Shown in pieces: positions 24,923 through 35,500 of a stretch of DNA of 64,000 nucleotides (positions are counted from its first letter, which is position 1; each line of letters starts with the position of its first letter). Origin of the DNA: Octopus sinensis (Eukaryota); NCBI RefSeq assembly GCF_006345805.1, contig NC_043020.1, positions 22,072,001 to 22,136,000 of the forward strand, read 5' to 3'. The translations under genes were made by a program, and so were the position numbers. The notes below the pieces were generated by a model. That model worked only from the letters and a program-made list of their open reading frames with translations, ran no database searches and was not told the DNA's origin.

Positions 24923-25914
24923 CCGGATCCTGCTATATTATTTAGCAGGGATGTTGTCCTGAAGTTGTTGTTATGGTTTTTAAGGCAGTAAGCTGGCAGA
25001 ATCGTTAGCACACTGGGTAGAATCGTTAGCAGCATTTTGTCTGTCTTTACATTCTGAGTTCAAATTCTGCCAAGGTTGACTTTACCTTTCATCCTTTTGG
25101 GTTCGTTAAAATGTGTACCAGTTGAACACTGGGGGTCGATCTAATCAACTATCTCCCTCCCCTCGAAAATTATCAGGCATGTGCCTTTGGGAGAAAAGAT
25201 TAAGATTATCATCATCATCATCATTAGGCACTGCACACATCCTACGCAGAACACTTTCAATACAGTAACCATCAGAGCATCACAACAAATCACAGCACAT
25301 ACCCAAGGCACACAGAGCTGCGCTTGGTAGTGAAGTGAAAGCACACTATAAAAATAAAACTACTGAATAATAATAATAATAATAATTGTGCTGTAAATGG
25401 CAGAATCAGTAGATAACCAGACTTACTTCTGTATAACATTTAAATACGTCCCTTGTTATTCTGAGTTCATCCACCACCAGGTATCTATGTGTCATGTCTG
25501 TGTGATTAAGGTTGACCTTAAGCTAAATTACAATTGTAAAAATATAACAATAATTATGAAGAGGAATGATGGCTAACGAGATAAAATTATCACCTTGGAC
25601 TTTAATGATGACCTCATTATCTGTTACATGTGATGATCATGAACTTTGTGTGTGTGTGTGTGATTAAATGTCTGTAGTTTCTGTGGAAACCAAGGTTGGC
25701 TATATTGAGACAATGTTTGATAACCAGTTGAAGATAATAAAAAAAACTGCTAATTAATACACACACACAGCTGTTTGGTTAAGAAGTTAAGTTTTGCAAC
25801 CTCTTGATTCTGGGTTCAATCCCACTGTATGGCAGTGTAAATAAAATTTAGGTGATGCAAACCATACTAGATCATAGCGCGCGCGCGTGTGTGTGTGTGT
25901 GCATGCACATGCGT

Positions 25915-26380
25915 ACTATCGTCATCATCATCATCTTTACATCTGTTAGTTCATGCTTGCGTGGATTGTGCAGGTTCTACCTCACACAGCATCTCACCTT
26001 TTGTTTCATTCTTTTATCATCTCCTTTGAGAAGTTCAAAATCTTCAGATCAGCTTTCACCACTTCTGCCGACGTCTACTTTGGTCATCCTCTGTTTCCTT
26101 CCACTTGGATACCCTGGCATTTCTTTACCTATCCATTATCCTCCTCACACATCATATGTCCCTGCCAAAGTAGACCTTGTTCTTCTATTCTACATCTGAT
26201 TCCTCTAATCCCTAGTTTATCCCTCAGCTCATCTACACTGCCCAACTCATAAACATTAATTTTATGCAACCAGTGGAGCATCCTTTCTTTATTGCTCTCC
26301 ATCTTTTGCACATATTCTTCTTCAGTGTCCTCATCTCAGCATCATACTCCTTACACAACCAATATGCACTCTGCCTTTTG
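25915..26380 (-). mobile_element. RTE LINE 3' end with (GAT)n tail
   Basis: The minus strand encodes DELRDKLGIRGIRCRIEEQGLLWQGHMM, like RTE C-termini. It ends in CATG...GATGATGATG like SINE type 1, so it is a likely partner LINE. Confidence 0.75.
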
Positions 26381-26385
26381 CTTAA

Positions 26386-26600
26386 CCCTTTTGATACCAA
26401 CCCGCCTGAAACCACCTCTGGCTCTGTAATACAAATGTCTTGTTTTCAAAAGTTCTGAATTAAAATCTTCCAAACTTTAGTCACAATTTATGTTCCTAAC
26501 ACTAGCTTAATGATAACTAAGTTATTTTACTAAAGTCTTTGTTATATTCAAAATTAATTGAAAGAAAGAGTATCTCAACAGAAATAAGGTAACAAAAGGG
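26386..26600. mobile_element. piggyBac-type MITE
   Basis: TTAA|CCCTTTTGATACC ... GGTAACAAAAGGG|TTAA. Confidence 0.8.
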
Positions 26601-27584
26601 TTAAAGAAAGAATCCTATTGCTATTTCCCCTCAATCAGTCTTGACTCTGTTATCCCATGATCAAAGACATTCCACCCATGAGTGTCCTGTTTGTTTTGCA
26701 GAGCAGTCTAGCCCTGGCTTTATTTATCAATGTGACCTCATTTTTTTTAAAGATAGGTTAGGGTGTCATTTGAGGAAAACTGCTTCTGGTTGGTCATTTC
26801 CCTTGTTGGTTCCTATGGAAACCAAATTTGACTAAACTAATTTCAAGAGAGATGTCCAGATAAAGAAAGTTCAAGGATACTAATAGTGGTCTTCTGTTTA
26901 AAATAAATATTTGTGCAATAAATTTGAATGATAGAAGAATTTTTTTAATCCTTTCACTGAAGAATTAAATTCCATCGTTATTCCAGTAATGATGTTAAAT
27001 ATCAACCAAAAAATAGAATTGGTATTTTTTTCTGTGAGTCCCATTGATCCAGTAATCTTAAAATATCTTTATAGAAAATAGTTTCTAGCTTGACATTCTT
27101 TAACAAATGATTGGTTTGAATAAGTTACATTTGATTTCCCCAGTAAAAGGGTTAAAGTTTAATGAAAGCGGAAAAACCTGAGTATTTTTGTTTTCCTTTT
27201 TTTTTGTCTTAGAAAATCCCTGGTCTCAACTCTCCCTCACCCCACCCTACATACTTTACTAATCTTAATTAATTAATTAAACAAAATTAAACAGAAATGC
27301 TTAATTGATTTTTTTTTTTTCAATTGCTGTAATTGTGCAATTGTCCTGTCTCTCATGAATGGCTGATCAATGATTTAAGAATGCTGGTTATTTGTATAAC
27401 CAGGCTGGTCAAGCTTCTGCAATACAGTGAGGAAACTGTAACATTGTGATGTTACAGTGTGACATAGCAATGTTACCATTTGTGACATTGTAATTACCAT
27501 AACATGTGGCACATGTTATTTGCTGCTCTTCAATGTTGCTCCATGTGCATAGTACAACTTAGATTTTGGCAATTTGCTACAGTC

Positions 27585-27795
27585 ATCAGTCCATATAGTC
27601 AATACTCCATTTAGTCATTAGTCCATGTAGGAAATTACTCCATGTGGTCAATATTTCTTGTAGTTATTTAGTCCATGTTGTCTGTACACCATGTGATTTG
27701 TGCATGTGAAGAGCAGTCTATGTTGTCAGTTTACTTCATGTGCTTAGTAATCCATTCAGTCATTTACACCATGTGGTCAGTTACTCCATGTTATT
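27585..27795. repeat. ~17-bp degenerate minisatellite
   Basis: Units resembling TTACTCCATGTGGTCAG. Confidence 0.65.
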
Positions 27796-27957
27796 GTTGC
27801 ATCTGGTGGTGGGTCCCCGTGGGCAGCAGAGTTTGATTTTTCTCTATTTCTGTAAAAATCTGAAGAATCTGCTAATACAAGGTGTCAACTCTCTCAACTA
27901 AATATTAATTTATTTATGTTTATGATTTTTAAAAAAGGTTTTCTTTTCTTTCCACAG

Positions 27958-28061
27958 GGTCCATTTGGATGTTTGAACAATGCTCGTTATGGCATTGGAT
28001 GGGGGGTTCTTGGAGCAGCAGAGTTCTGTCTTGAAACAGCACGACAATACACATTGGACAG
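27958..28061 (+). CDS. GCDH: GCDH coding exon (104 bp)
   Basis: ccacag|GGT...GACAG|gtgaaa. Encodes [34 protein letters not shown](R). Confidence 0.97.
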
Positions 28062-28093
28062 GTGAAAAATGGATTTTCATGTTCTAATGTCTG

Positions 28094-28141
<48 letters not shown>

Positions 28142-28891
28142 TGATATTGCTCTGTGTGACTTTGTAACATTACAGAATGCAATTGTGGTGTTACAGTCTG
28201 TGACTTGATGATGTCACAGCTTACAACTTCTGTGATTTTCATGTTACACTCTTTGACTTCATAATATTACAGTGTCTGTGAATTTGCAATGTTACAGTCT
28301 TCAACTTGACAATGCTCTGATGTATTTTATTGTCATACTGTAGTCTGTGTTTTGTGACATTATATTATAGGTACTGATTGTGTGACATTACTTTTTGTAA
28401 CATTGTGATGTTAGTCAGTATAACTACTTCGGGATACTGCTGGCTGACACTTCTTAGTATGTATATATGAATGTGTGTGTGTGATTGCTATTCTGCAAAA
28501 GTGTCGTAAGTCCAAAATGTTGCTTTTTCAGAAAACAAAAAAATAGTTCCACCTTCCATTGTTTTTGACATTAGCAATAGTTCCAGCTTAACAATAATAC
28601 TTTGTTGGGTGCATAAAATTGTATCTCCATGCATGTATGATTTTTTTTTAGTCAGAAATATTTTTGCAAAAGTGTGGTATGTAGGGCTTACTACACTTTT
28701 GAAAAATACTAAACGTTGTGCTACACTTCGGCAAATTTCATGTCTTCGCATCTTAAGCAGCCGGAGGTAGTTTGACCCAAAGAACTGGCTATTGCAAGCA
28801 AAATTAAATATTGAAAAAAAAAATGCATTTGGCCAAATTTGGATATACAACAGTTTAACATAATAGCAACGATATATATATAATTGTGTGT

Positions 28892-29187
28892 GGAGGCACA
28901 ATGGCCCAGTGGTTAGGGCAGTGGACTTGTGGTCGTAGGATCGTGGTTTCGAATCCCAGACCAGGATTATCGAGCAAAAACATCTAAAGTTCCACGAGGT
29001 TCTGGCTGCAGGTGGTGGTGAACCCTGCTGTACTCTTTCACCACAACTTTCTCTCACTCTTTCTTCCTGTTTCTGTTCACGTGTCTGTGGAGTGCTCAGC
29101 CACTTGCAAGTTAATTTCACAAACAGGCTGTTTCATTGATCGGATCAACTGGAACCCTTGTCATAGTGACCGACAGAGTACCACGAT
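28892..29187 (+). mobile_element. tRNA-head SINE (type 4), near full length
   Basis: GGAGGCACAATGGCCCAGTGGTTAGGGCAG...GTTTCGAATCCC. Confidence 0.8.
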
Positions 29188-30701
29188 ATGTCTGTGTGTG
29201 TGTGTGTCTAGTTACCATGTTTATTCAGTTATGTCACACTCTTGTATAGTCGTACCACTAATTTAGTGCTAAATCTTGGTACAAAATTTCTTCCCTTCAT
29301 AGCCTTAGCTTTGCCCCACGTTTAAGTTGTACCTCAGTTTTTTCAGTTCAAACCACATGTAAAATTGTGCAACTTATGGTCAAGTAAATATGGTGTGTGT
29401 GTGTATTTAAACAACCTGCAATCTGATCTGACTCTGCTAATCTTAATGTGTAACAATAACCTAAACGGTCTCTTATCACTTTGTTATACTTGGTTTACCT
29501 TTGACACCCAACTGATTAACTAATTAATGAGCACTTGATTTATTTGTCTTGTTAAGATTGTTAACGATTAAAAAAATGCCCAACAATAACGACCGAATGC
29601 AAGCACAAATGTGTGAAGGTGGTTTCTGGTCTTTTTGTTGTGTAGTTCTTCATGAGACACAGATGTATTTTCACGTGCACAAACACACACACACACACAC
29701 TCTTTCTCATAGGCATACACACACATATGAAGTGTTATTGGAAAGTTTTTTAGATGGCACATGCTATGATTGTACAACTCAGTAGTAGTGTGTGTGTGTG
29801 TACAACTGATGATCAAATGTAACTGGCTAACACAGTCACTCTTCAACAAATAAGCTTGTTACCATTTTATGTTTAATTATTCTATGATCATATTATTTCA
29901 TATAATTATATGATAGTGGCTTCAAATTTTAGTGCAACGCCAGCAATTTCAGAGAGTTGGGGTGGGTATTTATTTTATCAATTCCAAAAGGATGAAAGGC
30001 AAAGTTGGCCCATGGTGCAATTTGAACTTAATAAAGCCAGACGAAATGCTACTTAGCATTTCACCTGGCATGCTGACAATTCTGCCAGCTTAATAATAAT
30101 AATAATGGTTTCAAATTTTTGGCATAAGGCCAGCAATTTTAGGGGAGGGTGCAAGTCAATTACATCAACCTTTATCGACCCTGAAAAGATGAAAGGCAAA
30201 GTCGACCATGGTAGGATTTAAACTCAGAATGTAAAGATGGACAGAATGCTGCTTAGCTTTTTGCCTGGCATGCTAACGATTGTACCAGGTTGCTACCTTA
30301 ATAATTACGTATAATATTATATGAGCTTATGATGTGGAAAGCTGGCAGAATCGTTAAAGCCTGAATCAAAATGCTTAGCAGGATCTTTGCCAAATCTGTG
30401 TTCCAATTTCAATTCCTATCAAGACCACCTTCAACATTCATCTTTTTAGGAATCAATAAAACAAAATATCAGTCAAGTACCTGGGGTTTATGTAATAGAC
30501 TAACCCATCCCCTTAAAATTGCTGGCTTTGTGCTGAAGTTTGAAACAATATTATTTGGATTTATGCAACATCATCTTAGAATGGTTTTATGAATTTTTGC
30601 AATTGTTGGTCTGCATCACATATTGCATAATTCTCAGCAACTCTGACACCAAGACCTCCAAAATGCCTTGTCAGGCTTTTAGCTATGATTCTTTAGGTTA
30701 A

Positions 30702-31129
30702 CCCTGTAGCATTCACATTATTCTACTAAATGTAATGTTTATTAATTCACATTATTTTCCATTAATGAAATCTTATAGATTTGAGATTTTGATGAGGCAA
30801 CTGTTTATTTTTAGAATGACATTGTAGGATAGATGTGAGAGGTTAGTTCTGGCCAGTTTGGACATAAAACAGGTCAAATATTTGAGCCTAACATGGCTAC
30901 GTCAATTATTAACCCTTAGCATTCTGATTACTGTCAAATATAATCCTTATTTATTCATATTGTTTTTAATTAATCATGCTTTATCTTGTAGCTTTGAGAT
31001 TTTGATGATGTGATTGTTTAGTTTTTAAATAGCATTGCGGGGTAGGTGTGAGAGATCAAATCTGGCTTATATGAGCTTAAAACAAGTAGAATATTCTAGT
31101 TGGATATGGCCGGTTTAAATGCTGAAGGG
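30702..31129. mobile_element. Two adjacent piggyBac-type MITEs (30702-~30900 truncated; 30913-31129 complete)
   Basis: TTAA|CCCTTAGCATT ... AATGCTGAAGGG|TTAA; the two copies align along their length. Confidence 0.75.
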
Positions 31130-31410
31130 TTAAACACAGGTTATGAGCAATACACGTGTTTCGAGGATTGTCAGAAGTTTATTTGAAGATGGGAAGTATT
31201 TTGGGGTGGTTGGTCACTTGTAAGGCACCAAAAAATGTAGTAAAGATTAACAAATTCATCCATGTGGAACAATCCATTGTCTTGGTCACATGGATGGCAC
31301 CAGTTATAGAATCTGCTACTAATAATGATTATGGTGGTATATGTGCCTCTGTGTCTATTTCTTTGCCTCTTTTGTTTTTAGTTATATCTCTTTATCACCT
31401 CTATCAACAG

Positions 31411-31536
31411 GATCCAGTTTAGCTCTCCACTGGCTAAGAACCAGTTGATGCAGAAGAAAATGGCTGATATGTTAACAGAGATCAGCCTTGGACTTCAGGC
31501 TGCCATCCAGGTTGGTCGACTGAAAGATGAAGGAAA
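31411..31536 (+). CDS. GCDH: GCDH coding exon (126 bp), last one found
   Basis: caacag|G...GGAAA|gtaagt. Encodes (R)[41 protein letters not shown](K). Confidence 0.97.
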
Positions 31537-31753
31537 GTAAGTGGACGGCTCTTGAAAAGCATCAAGTTCTGTTGGCTTGTGGTTCTTATTTTTATGATGC
31601 CCCTTTCTTTTTACACACACACACACACCTCTCTTTCCATCTAGGTATGTGTTATATATATTTTTTCATCTTTATGTATGTGTTATATATATATACATAC
31701 ATATATATATGTATATATATATATATATATGTATATATTATATATATGTATAT

Positions 31754-31787
<34 letters not shown>

Positions 31788-31788
<1 letters not shown>

Positions 31789-31950
31789 CCGGAGTAAACA
31801 CATAAATGTGAAACAAGGTGGAAAAAAGAGTACTCAAATACCAGTGGTATAGGTAATATGCTTTATTAAAGCAGCAGAAAATTCAACAAAATCTGTTACT
31901 CTGAGTTTCTCGTTGCCGTTCATCAGACAGTTTTTGCTAGAATGGAACCG
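31788..31950 (-). mobile_element. Penelope-like pseudo-LTR with hammerhead core and AATAAA
   Basis: Minus strand reads CTGT-CTGATGA-ACGGCAACGA-GAAACTCAGAGTA-ACAG...TTAATAAAGCAT...TTTACTCCGG, then (TA)n. Confidence 0.7.
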
Positions 31951-32435
31951 ATATATCAATTCAATCTAGACTCTTACAAACGCTACACCTTTAAAAAAAT
32001 GGACTTGTTTGATTGGCCCTTTAGAAATAACGGTCAATCTTCGAGCGATAAACAAAAAAGGTCAAAAATATATGTATATATATATAAAAAATTATAAAAG
32101 TTATAAAATTTGAGGAAAAAACCTTACATTGAATAAAATACATATTGACGTTAATGAAGAAAGTATAATTAATGCATAGAAATTAAACCTTTTATAAATA
32201 TTACACTGCAATACATATTTATTAAAGTGTACAATATATATCAACATACACAGAAGGATGCGTGCAAACGCCATACATATACAGACGTATAAATATAAAT
32301 CTAAAATATACACATAAATGCATGCGTACATATATGTCCGCAATCTATCTCGCACGCAAGTTAAAATCATCGATGTAGCGATTCTCATATACTGAGTAAA
32401 GCTTAAGTAAGGGGGACGTAAAGTTGTATCAGTAT

Positions 32436-32535
32436 NNNNNNNNNNNNNNNNNNNNNNNNNNNNNNNNNNNNNNNNNNNNNNNNNNNNNNNNNNNNNNNNN
32501 NNNNNNNNNNNNNNNNNNNNNNNNNNNNNNNNNNN
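32436..32535. other. Assembly gap (100 N)
   Basis: A run of exactly 100 N, typical of a scaffolding join of unknown size. Confidence 0.99.
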
Positions 32536-35500
32536 TGTTGGTTGTTTTATTACATTGTTTCATTCATAATTTTTGAGTGGTGTTTTCGTTTTGCCACGTG
32601 AATAACCGGGAGGTGGACTAGTGTTGTTTGGAATTGTGAATGGAATAGTGTAGTAGTGAGGTAGGCATAGAGAATGGGATTGGGTTACTGCAAGTTGTTT
32701 GTTAGTCTTTTTTTACATAAGTTATTTCTATGGTAACGTAATTTTGGTTTGATTTTTTAACGGCTAAATTTAATTTCACTTCATAATTTGACACTGAATT
32801 GTAGTATGTATTTTATTTATCCTTATGTCATATTGTTATTTTTGATATTCTGGTTAATTACGATGTTTAATGTTGTTTTCATAGGTGTGTTTATGTATAT
32901 AGAGATTGTGTGCGAGTTTTTAGTTGTATAATTTATTTATCTGTATGAGTGTGGGTGTGTAAATATTGTTGTATATATCGAGTTTAGTGAGTATGTATAT
33001 GCGTATATGTGAGAGTATATGTATCTGTTGTGTGTGTGTGTGTTTTTGCGTGTGTGTGTGTTTGTGTGTGAATGTGTATATGGGTTTGTTATTTAGGTTT
33101 TGGGATGTATGTGTTAATTTGTCTGTGTGGGGGGAGTGGGTTTTTGGTGTATATTGAGGTTTATAAGTTAGTATAGGTATGTGTATAAGTCGTGGGTCTG
33201 TGGTTTACGAGTGTGTATTTGTGTGTGATGTTAGGTTAGGGAGATTGCTATATAGGTTTGTTATAGAGTTTAGCAAAGGGAGATTTTATCGTTATATGTT
33301 TTAGGAGTTTTGGTTTATCATGGTTTTTTTAGGGAATTCGTGGTAATTTGTCTATTTTCGATTTTGGGTGTGTTTTATTACATTGTTTCATTCATAATTT
33401 TTGAGTGTGTTCGTTTTGCCACGTGAATAACCGGGAGGTGGACTAGTGTTGTTTGGAATTGTGAATGGAATAGTGTAGTGTGAGGTAGGCATAGAGAATG
33501 GATTGGGTTACTGCAAGTTGTTTGTTAGTCTTTTTTTAACATAAGTTATTTCTATGGTAACGTAATTTTGGTTTGATTTTTTTTAAACGGCTAAGAATTT
33601 AATTTCACTTCATAATTTGACACTGAATTGTAAGTATGTATTTTATTTACCTTTATGTCATATTGTTATTTTTGATATTCTGGTTAATTAAGATGTATTT
33701 AATGTTGTTTTCATAGGAGTGTTTATGTATATGAGATTGTGTGCGAGTTTTTTAGTTGTATAATTTATTTATCTGTATGAGTGGGGGTGTGTAAATATTG
33801 TTGTATATATTGAGTTTAGTGAGTATGTATATGCGTATATGTGAGGGAGTATATGTATCTGTTGTGTGTGTGTGTTTTGCGTTGTGTGTGTGTTTGTGTG
33901 TGTGAATGTGTATATGGGTTTGTTATTTAGGTTTTGAGATGTATGCGTTAATTTGTTTGTGTGGGAGGGAGGGGGTTTTGTGTATTTGAGGTTATAGTTA
34001 GTATAAGTATGTGTATAAGTCGCGGGTCTGTGTTTACGTGTGTGTTTGTGTGTGAATGTTAAGGTTAGGGGGATTACTATATGGTTTGTTATAGAGTTTA
34101 GCATAGGGAGATTTTATCGTTATATGTTTTTAAGAGTTTTGGTTTATCATGGTTTTTTTAGGGAATTCGTGGTAATTTTTCTATTTTCGATGTTGGTTGT
34201 TTTATTACATTGTTTCATTCATAATTTTTGAGTGGTGTTCGTTTTGGCCACGTGAATAACCGGGAGGTGGACTAGTGTTGTTTGGAATTGTGAATGGAAT
34301 AGTGTAGTAGTGAGGTAGGCATAGAGAATGGGATTGGGTTACTGCAAGTTGTTTGTTAGTCTTTTTTTACATAAGTTATTTCTATGGTAACGTAATTTTG
34401 GTTTGATTTTTTAACGGCTAAGAATTTAATTTCACTTCATAATTTGACACTGAATTGTAAGTATGTATTTTATTTACCTTTATGTCATATTGTTATTTTT
34501 GATATTCTGGTTAATTAAGATGTATTTAATGTTGTTTTCATAGGAGTGTTATGTATATGAGATTGTGTGCGAGTTTTTAGTTGTATAATTTATTTATCTG
34601 TATGAGTGTGGGTGTGTAAATATTGTTGTATATATTGAGTTTAGTGAGTATGTATATGCGTATATGAGGGAGTATATGTATCTGTTGTGTGTGGTGTTTT
34701 GCGTGTGTGTGTGTTAGTGTGTGTGAATGTGTATATGGGTTTGTTATTTAGGTTTTGGGATGTATGAGTTAATTTGTCTGTGTGGGAGGGAGTGGGTTTT
34801 GGTGTATATGGAGGTTTATAAGTTAGTTTAGGTATGTGTATAAGTCGTGGGTCTGTGGTTTACGTGTGTGTTTGTGTGTGAATGTTTAGGTTAGGGGGAT
34901 TACTATATAGGTTTGTTATAGAGTTTAGCATAGGGAGATTTTATCGTTATATGTTTTTTAAGAGTTTTGGTTTATCATGGTTTTTTTTAGGGAATTCGTA
35001 GTATTTTGTCTTTTTTCGATGTTGGTTGTTTTATTATATTGTTTCATTCATAATTTTTGAGTGGTGTTCGTTTTGCCACGTGAATTTTATTTTTAATTCC
35101 ATTTATTCCATTTCTCCATTCATTAATTTAGAGATGTTCGTTTCCAGAGCGGTTATACTTTTTATATATATGTTAAGTTCCTTGGTAAAGTAATTTTGTT
35201 TGGTGTATATGTTGAGCTTATTATGTACTTGGGGTGTGTGTGAGTGGGGTGGGAGTTTGTATTTGTTATGGGTGTGTGGTTTACGAGTGGTTTTGTGTGT
35301 GAATGTATAGGTTAAAGGAATTGCTATATAAGTATGTTTTAGTGTTTAGTAAAGGGAGGTTTTATCATTTCTGTTTTGTGAGTTTTTATAGTTTAATTTG
35401 GGAAATAATTTGTAAAACTAAATCATATACTATAGGAGCTAATTGTTGTTATTTATGCTCTAATGAGTTTAAAGAAATTTTATTTTATAAGTATGATAAT

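Noticed and set aside
28488-29120. 210-aa minus-strand ORF
   Set aside because: Spans a SINE and AT-rich intron sequence; no recognisable domain.
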